Shown here: positions 28,150-41,616 of the stretch, in pieces
Numbering within the stretch: the stretch's first letter is position 1
How the letters are laid out: every line of letters begins with the position of its first letter
Origin: Setoptus koraiensis
Lineage: Eukaryota > Animalia > Arthropoda
Length of the DNA: 64,000 nt
Direction: 5' to 3'
NCBI GenBank assembly: GCA_048013815.1
Contig: CM106585.1
Location: 9,052,001-9,116,000 of the forward strand
The notes under the pieces: model-generated
What the model was told of the DNA's origin: nothing
What the model saw: only the letters and a program-made list of their open reading frames with translations
Databases searched by the model: none
Program-made: the position numbers and the translations under genes

Positions 28150-31100
28150 GCTGCTGCTGTTGTTGCCGTTGTGTCTCAATGTGCAATTTAAATTTTAGTC
28201 AATTACGTAACTTCACCGTTTGCCAACCGCCACCATCACCACCGGTATCATCGGCATTAGCGACACAGCAGCGGCACCGGCGCCGGCGCCGACACCAACA
28301 CCAACAACAACCGGACAACGGCAACACCAGCCAAACAACGGCAACACCAGCCAAACAACAACCAAACAACGACAGGTGTAACATTGGCGCGTTGGCAATC
28401 ACGGCGAGCCAGCCAGACAGAGCCAGACGGAGCCAGACGGAGCCAGACGGAGCCAGACGGAGCCAGATAGAGCCGGAGAGAGCCGGAGAGAGCCAGACGG
28501 GGCCACAAGCGGGCAGAGACAGGTGGACAGGTGGAGAGAATAAGAGTAGATTGATGGTGATTATTCAACATTTGGTTTAACATTTAACAACTAATTTGTC
28601 TACTGGCCAGTAGAGCCGACAGAGTCTACTAATCGACTGTTGTGTGACTCTGTTGGTTTTGGCGACACAGTGAGACACTTAGAAACAAATGTAAATTAAA
28701 CTGACATAATACAGCCAGAGCAATCTTGCCAGTTAATGACTCTTATCTCTTTTAGGCCAGCTCGACCAGCTCAATGTAATTGTTTTTTGCCTACAACTTC
28801 ATTTTCATCTTGTGTGTGTGTATTGAGCCACTCAAATTATTTGACTCAAATGCATCAGCGACACACCGCACGCCTGCTAATGACTAGACTGTTTGTTGTT
28901 TAAATTTGAATTATCTCTTTATGCTAAAATTGTCAATTGTCAGCTGTTTGCTGTTTGCAATAACTCGTTTGTTTGCAAACAAGCAACCAAACAACCAAAC
29001 AAACAACCAAACAAACATACGACACAACAGCACAACAGCACACAGTTGGCCAGCGACATTTCTCTAACCCTTAATCATTGCAAACTGACCCAACAAATGA
29101 GTGTTAGTCGCCATTACCTGTTGGGATATTGTTACATAATTGTAACATTATCTTCGAGTTGCCATTAGTTGCACCAGCTAACAACTGCCATCGCAACACA
29201 ACAACTAACAACTCTCTGTCTCTGTCTCTGTTGTGACACGCAGATACTTTCTTAATTGAGTGTGACAATATCATTAGTTATCATAAGAGACAACGACTTT
29301 AGGCTAAATTAATAAATCATAATCAGCAACAACAACAATTGCCTGCTGTGTAAAAATAATTAGCGAGCCACTGGTGCGCTCGCCCCGTTGTTGGCCGGCC
29401 CAGACGGCAATTGTTGCAAACAGTTTGTTACAATTTGTTGGTGCCAATTGCGGCCAAACGGCGCCATCTAGCCGTCGTTTTCGGGCGCAAAACTCGCAAA
29501 ACTCGCAAAACTTATCGCTGTACTGGCAGTACAGAGCCCGTCCGACAGTGTAGGCCAGTGTGACTGTGGGCCAGAGATTGTGTCACAGTTTTTGTTTGTG
29601 TTACAATTGTCACAATTGGCACCATTGTGACACAAACAAAAAGATCCACTTTCTGTCATTTCTGCCATCGCGTCACCCGGAAAATGCCCGCCAATACCCG
29701 GCGGGTATTGCCGGTTTGTTAGAGTCCGACCCAGAATAGTTTCTAACAGGCTGGTGGGCAGCCGATGTCAGCTGCAACACGGCCGAGGTAGCGACAAGTG
29801 CGGCCAGATCGGGTGTCGGCAGCAGCTCGACACTCGAGTCTCGGGTCGGTCAAGCGGGCCGGCGGTTGTCGTGGGTGTTGGTCGTAGGCCGCGTCTCGCA
29901 ATGATAATAGCGTCTCGTCGAGCAATAGCAATAATAATAATAATAATAATAATCACGGCAATAGTAGTAACAGTAATAATTATAGCAATAATAATCGTAA
30001 TAGTGATAGTAATAGTAATAATGAGCGAGTAAGAATGTCAATTGAGTTTGTAAATGTCGCGCACAGCGCCATCCATTACACACCGATACACATTACACAC
30101 CGGTACACATTACACACCGATACACATTAGACGAGATTGCGTAATGGGCAGCATGATGTGAAACGTTGAGAGAGGGAGCCATCAGCAACATCGTTGACAC
30201 CAAATGATTTATTAGTTAATAGCCCATGTACGGCGCTGTATGTGACCAGTTTATATGCACGACGACGACGACGACGACGACGACAACAGGTGAGTGGAGT
30301 CCGAGAGACACTAACAGCTATTAGATAAGAGAGCGACAAGTGGAAGTTGTTTGCTGATGATGCTGACAGGTTGTTGCGATTTGCTCTCATCGCAGTTGCG
30401 AGCGGCCGCTCTGACACTGACACTGCGAGACTCTTGAGAGTCTCACAATGTCTCAGACTGTGCCAGCGACACAGTCTGATGCAACTGACACTGGCGGACA
30501 GAGCCAGAAACTGATCGGTTGATCAACAAGTGTCTGTCTCTTGTTCTATAACAACTAATTAATCTCCGCTTGTGCGCAAACTGACTATCGCACTTAATGA
30601 ATAATACCCATCAGACGACAGCCACAGCGACAGACGCACCAATGAGACATTCGGCCCAGTCGCCCGCCAATTATCTAGACTCACCTGTCGTGAGCGGCGC
30701 ACGATGAGCCTGTGAGTCACAGCCTGTGAGTCACAGGTAGCCACTGGCAGGTTTAATTTGCTCGCCCGGCTCGCTTACGGTCACCTGAGCGAGTGCGACG
30801 GCTACCTGAGTTGCGAGATGCGAGTTGCCAATTGCGAGATGCGAGTTGCCAATTGCGAGATGCGAGTTACCAATTGAGAGTCGCGATTTGCCAAATGAGA
30901 GCTGCCCATGAGAGGGTATCCCATGGTGTTGCTGCTGCTGCTGGCCGTGATGCGATGCGATTCGGCTGATTGATGAATGACGTTCAATCGTGTTGTTGCT
31001 GTTGTTTATTTCGAGGCTCAACAAGTGGTCCGGCCGACTGTTCGCCCTGACACATGTTGTTAGCCGATACCGTTTTCGTGTACCCAGTGCCCAATGTATA

Positions 31101-32189
31101 TCGCTGGCCGGAGCGCGTGCTCATTGCCATGGATGGCAGCAGCAGCAGCCGCAGCAGCATTTGCATAAGCGACCCGGCCGACCGATATGGTGGCTAAATG
31201 GTGATTATCGGCGACTGACCATCGGCAACAAGTAATGAGCGTAATCGCCAGCCTAGGTGACCGCTGCTGGCATCATTATCAATTGAGCTGTCCATCACGG
31301 CGCGCACTCTGCGGCCGTTCGCAGCCGTGATCGCGAAGCCCTGCGAAGCCGCCCGAAGCCGCTCGAATGGCTTCGAAGGGCCGCCAGTGGAACGGGCAGA
31401 GCAGCGACGGTAAAACACGCCACTCAGGCACAGGGCACAGCAATGGCGCCCCCTGTTCTTCTTTTTTCATCACCACCAACGGTTGCATCACATCACAGGT
31501 TAGTCATATCTTTATCGGTCAGTCGGTGCTCGCCGGTGCCGGCTATAACAGGCACCGTGGCTGTAATAGTAGCAGTAATGGCAATAATAGTTGGCAGTAA
31601 TGGCGCGATAAGCAATAATATAGCAGCGATATAGCAGCGATATAGCAGCGATATAGCAGCGATACAGCCATGCAGCGAGGGCCAACAACAAAGAGCCACG
31701 ACGAGAGAAACAAAGACAATCAATTATGCAAATTAATGGTCGTCGCTTCGCTTCATGCTACTGTTATGACCAATTGTATATATTATGCAATTTGTTTCAA
31801 TAGCCGTTGTGTTCGCCGGCCCTTCGCTGGCTGTTCGAGGGCCGTTTCGGCGCACAGTTCGGGCCTGTCGCTGGATCTATCATACACTGGCAACATTATC
31901 GGCCAGTGGTGGTGGCACGCCAACAACCAAACTAAACAACAAGATCAGTCGTTGCTGGTTAGTGGCCCGTCTCAGCGGTTGGTCGTCGCGTCGCGTCGCG
32001 CCGCGTCTTCTTCTTCTCGCCAGACCATTATTCACTCAAATCACCGAGCCACTCAATACAAACACACGGATATTTTATTTTGCCTATCGGCCGCCATACC
32101 TGTCCGGCCAACACCGGCCGCTGCTATCGACTGTTTCATCATTTAAATCGCCATTATCGTTGCCATTATTGCTATTATTATAACTATCA

Positions 32190-32270
32190 CTATTATCGCG
32201 ATAGTCATAACTATTGCTATTATCGCGATAGGCATAACTATTGCTATTATCGCGATAGGCATAACTATTG
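32190..32270. repeat. 27-bp tandem repeat x3 (CTATTATCGCGATAGGCATAACTATTG), each with the palindrome TATCGCGATA
   Basis: Units at 32190, 32217 and 32244, with one mismatch in the first. Confidence 0.95.
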
Positions 32271-33847
32271 CTATTATCAAGACTATTATAACTATTACTA
32301 TAACTATTATCATTATTGTTATTATTATTATTGTTGTTGTTGCTGGCACGGTCATGCTGATAATGATAATAATGTGCGCGCTGTTGTTAAATGTGTCATC
32401 CATTGACAGTGATAAAGACGCAACAACAGGCAGCAACATTTTTTCTGCACCATCTATCGGCTGCAAAAAATGCCAATTTGGCCGGCGAAATCTCGCCGCT
32501 GCGATATGGTGCGATGCGAGAAAAACCAAATCTCTTGCATATAAACAATATTTGCCAAATGGGGAGATTGTCCGAAACGAATGGCTCCGTAATTGCATTC
32601 GCAAACAAACAAACAAACAAACAAGCGAACGAGCAAACGAACCAACGAATGAACGACAAGCTGCGGCCGTGTCGCTAATAACAATCATTACCTTGCCGTC
32701 CAATGGCCCTCCGACGGCCACTTGTCATTGCGTAACGCACACCAAATATGATATATGACGTATCGCTGTTGCGCAATGTACAAACAATTTGTGTTGTTTT
32801 CAATTGTTGCCATCACTTCGAGCCGCTGCAATCCGCTGACCGGCGGCTGCATTCGAGTCACTGGAATCGATGGCAAACGATGGCAAAAGACGGCAAACGA
32901 TGGCAAAAGTTGGCGCCACACGAGAAAAACAGCGGACAGCGTAAGCCGGCGTCTCGGCGCTCGCACTGAGCGCCCGTCTCATAAGCGACTGACTGGTTAG
33001 TGAATAATTACAAAACAATTTAAATTATTGAATGATCATTATCGTCACATCGACGCTCGCCATCGGCCCGAGCGAAACCCGAAAATAGCCCGATGAGCGC
33101 CAATCGCTCATAGGGGACGCGCCGGCAGCGGATGGCGCTGGCCGCAGTCGCATTCCACGGCACCATCATTTTTCGGGTGCCATTAACAGGCACCAACAGA
33201 CGACCTGTTGATATGAACCTGTTGGAATCTGCAAACAATCGCCAGTTATGCTCGCCAAACGCATTCAGCACTCGCCAGACACATTGAGCGGGCCAACGCA
33301 TCAACGGGTCGCCGGCGATCGACGGCATGAATGGTGCGCTCGATCGGTCGGCCGACCCGACCGCTCGACGACCCGACCACTCGACGACCCGACCACTCGA
33401 CGACCCGACAACCCGATGGCGCGAACCGATGGCGCGTACCGATGGCGCGTACGGGTATGCGGCGATTTTCGCCGGATCGTTTTCGCAAAAATTGGCCGCC
33501 GCTCATCGCCAGACTCGCTGACTCCTGGCCAAACGGGCCGACCGCCCAAACGGGCCCAACGGGCCGCCCTCAGCCGCTCAGCCGGTCAGTTGGCAGCGGT
33601 GGGTTGTGCTGCTGGCCCGTGTGCAACCAGCTTTGCTCGTGTAAAATGACCGGCAAATCGATAGCGATTTGATTTGTTGATTGCCGGCGGTGATGTTCGG
33701 CTCGGCAGTGTGCTGGCCCGGCCAGCACTCTGAGTACGGCCACTGAGCACGGCCACTGAGCACGGCCACTGAGCACGGGATCAGCAACAACAACAACAAC
33801 AATTAAAAATCATTGTGCCTCTAAACGTGCCATTAGAGCCAATGGGG

Positions 33848-33929
33848 ACGGCCCTCGGCCGAATGCCATTTTAACTGACTTAACTGACCCGACTGGTCAG
33901 TTAAGTCAGTTACAATGGCCGAGGGGCGT
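33848..33929. other. 82-nt hairpin with a perfect 18-bp stem (pre-miRNA-like geometry)
   Basis: TAACTGACTTAACTGACC-cgact-GGTCAGTTAAGTCAGTTA, extended by GCCATT/AATGGC and ACGGCCCTCG/CGAGGGGCGT. Confidence 0.7.
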
Positions 33930-36900
33930 TGTATTTGTGTTTTTGACACACTCATGGCAAACTGGCATTTTTTGGATGGCGAGCAACAGCAAAACTGGCA
34001 AATATTTTTCAGACGCGCCAACAGGTAAATGCGCATATTTTCATGTTGGCAGCCTGCTCGCAATTGTTTCGACGTTTTGTTATTTTGTGTTTATGCTGCT
34101 GAAACGCGCCGTCTAGTGACTGTCAGAGCGGACAAAAATGTTGGACAAGCTCGCCTGGGTGTTGCGAGTTCGGACAACCTGTCCGATGCTCGAGCCTCCA
34201 GTCTGACATTGCAATATCGCGCAACTGTAGCACGGAGCGATATGTTGCCGTTATTCCAATGTGAGCCAAATGTGAGCTGATATCAAATATTAATATTTTT
34301 AAGACTACCGATGATTTCTGGTTTCGTGATAACTTTGTGTGACTGCGTGGCATTTGTTTTTAGCCGTGGCGTTTGTTTGCATCCGTGGCATTTGTTTGTG
34401 TCCGTGGCGTTTGTTCGTGTTTGTGAGCGGCTGTCGCCGGCGTCGCTTCGGTTGACGGTTCGCGACCAGCGGCCAGCTATCACCTTCATCACCTGTTGAT
34501 TGGAGCACTGATTTATGCCAGCCGGCCGGTCAGCTTGGCTTCATTAGTGTTGGCGCAAGCAGCGATTGAAGATGAGCAGAGTCGCAAAAGGTGAGCAGAG
34601 TTCGAAAGGACGAGCAGTTATCGAAGCGACGAGCAGATATCGAAAGAGCCCGAAATAGAGCGAACAACCAGGAATGCACTCACCTGTGGGTGTGTTCAAC
34701 CAATCAAGTTGATTTGTAATAATTAGTTATTAGTAGTTATCAGATATTTGTAATAACCAGATGAGCGACTGCGGCTCACAATGGCCCAGCGACCATCGGC
34801 CTATCGATAACTATAAACAACAACAACAACAACAGCTATTCATACTTTGCTATCATTAATATCTGACTGCTTTCCATTTCGCGTTCGCCACTTCGACTCG
34901 CGATTCCAACTGCTTCCAATTCCAGCATTGGGCTTCCACTTGCAACGTTGGGCTTCCACTTGCAGCATTCGGCCTCCAGTTCCAGCATTCGGCCTCCAAT
35001 TTCAGCCAATTGGAAGCACAATTGGCTGGCCGCTTCGAATCGCCAACTGGCAACTGTGGCCGTAGCTTTAATTAGGCTCATACGAACGAGGTGTGGCCAG
35101 AGTGGCGCGCGAATTCATTAGTGCCCGGCACTCAACAATAAATCTTGCTCCTTTGCGACAGCCATTCTTTTTCTCTCGCTCTCTCTCTCGCTCTCTCTCT
35201 CGCTCTCTCTCGCTGTCGCTATCTGCAACAGAGACTCTGTTCGCCTTTTCAGGCTCTCCTGCGAAATTCCCCTCGGCCGCATTCTTAGAGAGATGATAAT
35301 TTTTTGAATTGTGTCTGCTCCATCGCACCCAAACTGGCCCAGCTCTTGAACGTGCCTGTTGCCGGTGCAAAATTGCAACAGCAACAGCCACGCCGGACAC
35401 ATCCAATAAACGTGACGTCCAATAAACACAATAACGGAGCCGGACAACAGCAGCAACAACAACAACCGTTTACAATTATATTAATTATTTGCAGTAATTA
35501 ACGTTGTAATAGATCGCGTTACAGTTATTCTCGTATTCACGGCCTCTTGCAAGTGCTCACAATCGCCACCAAATTGCCAAATTGCATTCGATTGCCTCTC
35601 GATCGGCGACAGTGATGCGAGCGTCAATTGACCGGTGAGTCAGTGTGTCAGACAAATCAAGTTCATTGAAAACCGGCCACGGGCTCCATCTGCAACAAAG
35701 TCAATCTGATCTCTAACTGTCGGTCAACACATACCCACAGGTAACAGTCACGAGTGGCTCGCAGCGCCGCCCGATTGGCACGCCCAGTAACGTGAGGTGC
35801 CCACGGTGAGCGGCTCGCTCGATCGATAATCGATGTTTTACAAATCAAACGGTACAAACAACTCTCATTCGTATCTCATTTGCATCACCGGCCCGTCGAT
35901 GGGCCGCTCAATGGAGGCCCAGAGTGCAACAGCGCAGTCATAACGGCCAATCCAAATGACGTGACCGTGACCAAACAGCGGCTCACTAGAGATGCTCGGC
36001 CACTCAACTGACTCGAGGCTCGCACGACCTGATAAATACAGATTAATTGATCATAATTGCCGACGAAAATTATCCTGTCGAGAGAGTGATTTTGCCAACA
36101 ACAAACTGTATCGTCTTTCACTATCATTACATGCAAGGCCCATTATCGCCGTGCCTATTGTGCTACTGACCATGATCGTTATTTTAATAGACTACATTAG
36201 CTAATTGTCTGGCCGTTATTAGGGCCATTGTTTCAGTTTGCTTCAGTTTTGTTTCGGTTTTGTTTCAATTTTGTTGCGATTTTGTTTCAATTTTGTTTCG
36301 ATTTTGTTGTTTCGGCTACGCGCAGCGTCTCTGGTTTGTGCTGCTCGCCAATAATAATGCACGCACAACAATATCTTTTTGCCGCTGCCCGCCACCTAAA
36401 TACACCTAAATACCTGAATACATTGCATAACTATTGCATACTGTGTATTTAGCTGGCTTTTCGGCTGGCCATGTTGGCACACAAAATAACTGTGTGTATA
36501 AATAATAGATGCATCAGGCAGATACGATGATAATAATGGGCACTAAATACAAGAGATGGACAGCTAAACGGGGCTAGTTCGCTAACAAGCCTCTTCCGCT
36601 GGCCGGTGAGCACGCCAACGACAGTAATGCGCCCGTCTCCCATTAGCGCGGAGCTGATTTAATTATCGGCCAGCCCAGAGAAGCCGGAGAAGCCGGAGAA
36701 GCCAGAGAAGCCAGAGAAGCCAGAGAAGCTAGAGGGACGCAAGTAGGCAAGCGCGACCACCTTGCCTGGCTAGTTGTGGCACTTGTTGGCAGCGGATTGT
36801 CCGCCAGAAAATATACAATATGCGGCGCTAAAAGAGAGCAGTTTGGTTACAGTTTAGTGCGGAGGCGCACCCCGATAATAACACACAGATTGCGATAACA

Positions 36901-37170
36901 AACACGGATTGAGAGAGAGAGAGAGAGATCAATATTGAATGGCTCCACTCCGATGTATATTATCTGGTTGTGCAGCGTCCAGCGAGATTCGAATAGAGCA
37001 GGCCAGATCTAATCACTATCCTTTGCTTGCTAATTGATAATGGCAATCAAATTTGTTGGATAAAAATTGAGTTGAAATTAATAATAAAATTAATGATGAT
37101 TACTGCGCGCCGTCATCTGTTGCCCGACACTCTGCTGTCCGACTGGCCAGCGCTGCGTCTGGCCGGACAG

Positions 37171-37262
37171 CTAATATCTGGACAGCCAAATATCTGGACA
37201 GCTAATATCTGGACAGCCAAATATCTGGACAGCTAAATGTCTGGATAGCCAAATATCTAGCC
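37171..37262. repeat. 15-bp tandem repeat x~6 (CTAATATCTGGACAG / CCAAATATCTGGACAG variants)
   Basis: Directly visible. Confidence 0.85.
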
Positions 37263-38544
37263 GGACAGAGCGTGAGTTGGCCGGCCAGTTGGCGAGACCA
37301 GTTGTTGCAAGGAAGCGACTTGCAGTGAGCAGACACATAGCGACCGATAAAAGTATGGCGGCGCCAATTGATGACCACGACAACTATGGTGGCTGCACTT
37401 GTTCAACGTTTAATTGGGTTAATCTAATTTGGGTAATGGTGCAACAGGTGACCATATAATAATAATAATAATTATTATTATTATTATATTTATTATGTTG
37501 GGAGTAGTGTGCAGTTAATAAGCAGCAAAGTGAGTTCATTTCTTGATTTTAATTAGCTACTTACTCAGATCATCATCATGATGGCCAAATAATGGTGTTA
37601 GATGTGTTGATGTGTCGTGGTGGTTGTTGATGTTTGTTGTTGTAGTTGTAGCGAGCCATCAACTTGCCAGCTATCGTGGTTTGACATCAGTTCGCTAATG
37701 ATAATGATATAGTTCCTACCTACTAAATACTCACTAACTATTTCGCTGGCTAGATACCCGCTGACTAGATAAGCGACTAAATAAATAACTGATTGACTAA
37801 CAACATTCATTCACGGCTTTCATTAGGCTGCACTATCATCGCTATTACTATTACCATTGCTAATACCATTACTATTACCATTGCTATTACTACTATTGCT
37901 ATGGCTATAACTATATATATATAAATATAACTATTATTATTATTGTTATTATTGTATAGTTGCAGTGATGGCAGCCGTCGCTGACAGGCTGTGTGTCTAG
38001 CCCGGCGATTCATTTATATATATAATCGGTATATATATAAATGAATAAATTAACCGATAAGTGGTGGTGGTAGTCAATTAAACACCACTCCATTACACTT
38101 GGCTTCATCTAAATTATATTATATATTATTATATATATATATATTTAATGGAGTCGCAGCTGACAACTTGTTGATGATGGCTCGCCAATTTAATCAACAG
38201 CTAACACATTAAGCAAGCCATCTACTGTTTTTCGGTATCATCATCATCATCATCATCATCGTCCAATTGGCTTCGACTCGACTGCCAGCGATGAGCGGCC
38301 GGCGTTGATGTTGCTGGCGACGGTGATGCCGTTTCTTCGATTGCTGTTATATACACTCATTTTGATTTACATGGTGATGCCATTAATTTATCTTGATGAT
38401 CATTAGAAATCAGCGTTCGCCATCGCATTTTAATTGTAAGTGAGTCGCTCTGTCGTTGGCTCTTCTCGCTGTCGCTGTCAATTATCTCCATTTAGATCTG
38501 ACTTCATTTAGATTACTATAATAGTTATCTTACAGCGGCGACGA

Positions 38545-38577
<33 letters not shown>

Positions 38578-39748
38578 TGAGACAAGATTAAATGATATTC
38601 GAGCGCAAACAGAGTGTGACAAATCAACGCACATTAGAAATGTTCAAATGGAGAGACGTTCGAGTGTGTGTACTATCAATGGGATTTAGCCTGTAGAGAG
38701 ACTGTATTTAGTGAGAATTACTATATATATGATAGAACATTAATTACCTTAATAATGGTGGCAATGAGGAAGAATTAGGAGAGACTGCAAGACTGTCGTC
38801 ATAGCTACTACCAGTGTCACACTGACTTTTGTGGCTGCCAGCGCCACCACAAAAGTCATCGAGTTTCTAGATGTCAATTTGCTATTAGCGCTAACAAGTA
38901 ATCACCTGAGCGTATTATTATCCCGATATCTGGCTCGCTCACTCTGTTCGCTACTGCAATCGCTGTGCCAGCCGGCATATCTTGTGATGCACTGCGAAAT
39001 GAATCGGCGGTGCCCCGTGATCCCGCAATGCCCCCACTGCCACAATCACCTGTTCCACGTGACAAGCGGTTGCGATTTGCGATTCGCGATCTGACATTTG
39101 ACGTGACTTGTTTGCGTTGTCGGCATGCAGTGTGTGTGTGGGCCTAATTATGGAGCCATCAAGCTTGCTATCAATGTCTCGCCAGACGACGCAAGCCGGG
39201 AGTTCATCAACATCACCTGTCGTCATGAAGGCCGTCGGCGTCGTCGAGCGCAACCAGCAGCAACAGGTTGATTGATTGACAGTTTGATTAGCTCTTACTC
39301 TCACAGCGCTCACCTGTGGGCTTGATTGTGACAGCAATAGCAACCAGTGAACAGCTAGCCCGCCGGCGGCATCTGACACTGTGAGCAGGGGCAACAAGGG
39401 CGCCAAATTCACCTGATTACACCCTATCTATATCTGCTTGCTGCTTGCTAATTGAGATCGGGGCCCTATAACTGGCAATGCCAGCGCAAGCTGTTGCGAC
39501 AGAATGCTCGCTCGCGCAATTAGCGACCGGCTAAATTAGCGATTGCATTCGATAGCGATTGAGATTTATCGGTTTTCATTAATTGATTTGCGACGCGCTA
39601 TCCGGTGTCGCATCTTATCGAGCGCTGATACCGATCGTTCCGTCAGTCGATTACAAATGGCGCTGAGCCGCCAATCACCGATTGACAGATTCTCTCTCTC
39701 TCTCTCTCTCTCACTGGATGCCGGCCGGCTCGCTGGCTGACTGACTGA

Positions 39749-39793
<45 letters not shown>

Positions 39794-41567
39794 GGGCTGG
39801 CGAGCGTCTCGCGCGAAAAATGGCGCGCCGGATGCACAAATAGGGACACAAATTTGCCAATTTAATTTATCTCTTTCTCCATTGCACACGCTCACTGGAT
39901 TATTAGAATCCAGCAGAAATTATATAGAAATAATAAGGAGATGGTGATTTCAGATAGAGTACTTTAAATGGCGAACGTTGGTCGTGTAAAGTCGCTAAAT
40001 TATTAGTGCATTAGTATGCTCTGGTGTGCGCGCCTTTGCCAGCAACAATATTTTACAGGATAAGATAAAATAAAATTGGGTAGAGGTTTAGGGCACGGCG
40101 AGAGCGCTAGCGTTAGCGAAATGTTTTATGTACTGTTCACAGAGTTCAATTTAGTTATTTGTTATTGCGCTAATTGCTTCTAATTCTAATTTGTTTCTAA
40201 TGCTAATGATGATGATAGCTATCGTTAATGTTAATTAATTGCCAGCGCAAAAATTAAACACAAGACGACAGCCAGCGCGAAAGGAAATAATTAGAAATAA
40301 TGCATTAGCTTTCTAGTTTTTACACTAATTGATAGTCAGTCATCAATTTGAACTGTTGTTGTGCTGTCGTGGTTGTTGTGTATTATTAGAGCAGAGCCAG
40401 TGTACGTCGTCAGTCGTCAGTCGTCATTAGTACCGGTATTATCCGACATTATCCGACATTATTTGATATAACGGTGCATGGCCCGCCACCTGGCGACGCT
40501 CTGTTCAACACTGTTTTGAAGCTCACAATTCTGGCCGACAATTTAAAACCAATTTGGCTAATTGGGCTCATTGGGCTCATTGGGCTCATTGGGCTCATTG
40601 GGCTCATTAAGCTCATTGGGCTAATAGGGGCGCCCGAAAACTTTTATCTCGGCTCGCTCATTCTCGTCATCATTATCATACACTGCTTACACTCACGTAT
40701 GTAATCTCTCTGGCAAAAATCAATTTTGCTGACGTAACCGAGACAACAAATGGGCGCACTGTCACAAGCAGTGTCACAAGCAGTGTCACAAGCAGTGTCA
40801 GTGGTGGTGACAAACGGCCAACAAACAACTGGGGTGTCTCTAATTAGAGAATATCCTTTTGTGTCAACATTAATGAATGTCATCATCATTGTTTGAGAGT
40901 TGAGGCCATTAATTTGCATGTCAGCGCCACTAATGCAATCATGCCGTCAGCCTCATCAGCTGATGAGCAGCTGGTGTTGTTGATGATTGTTGTTGTTGAT
41001 AAATGTTTGTCAGAGTTTTAACATTTGACAGTGACAGGCAGACACAGTTCGATCAGACGGCCAAACAAAAACAAAGACAACAAAGCTCGTCCAACGGCAA
41101 ATGCAACTTGCATCAATTATAATAATCTCTTCATCTCTGTATCTATTTCACACAGCTTATTCGCGCCAGCAGCAGCGCCACCGCCGCCAGTTAATTAATG
41201 ACTTTTGTTGTCGCTATTATCATTGTTGGCCCATTGTGTGGTTGCAACCACCACCAAGTTACCTAACTGACAGATAATAGTTAGATAATGGCAGACAGAC
41301 ACAATTGATGATGAAGATTCACATCACAGATGCAGCCAGCACACAATCGGTCGGCTAGATAGGCGCACAATGGCGCCAACTGGAGGGCCAATGTGAAATA
41401 AAAGTCTACAGACAAACTAGATTGTAATTGATTAGCATCTTTATTATTCATTATCACCATATAATTACACGCGGCCACTATACACGCTAAGCATTGCAAC
41501 TGTAGACACACAATACAAGCCAACATGGCATCACGACAGCAACAATGATCATGAGCGACGACGTGAC

Positions 41568-41569
<2 letters not shown>

Positions 41570-41614
<45 letters not shown>
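41570..41614. repeat. (CT)n / GAGA microsatellite
   Basis: Long perfect CT run. Shorter GA/CT runs occur at ~24260, 35175, 36912 and 39692. Confidence 0.9.

Positions 41615-41616
<2 letters not shown>

Noticed and set aside
33884-33906. In-frame T-D-P-T-G-Q-L resembling the polished rice/tarsal-less LDPTGxY peptides
   Set aside because: It lacks the L and Y, has no nearby ATG/stop sORF and is not repeated. It is a by-product of the hairpin sequence.
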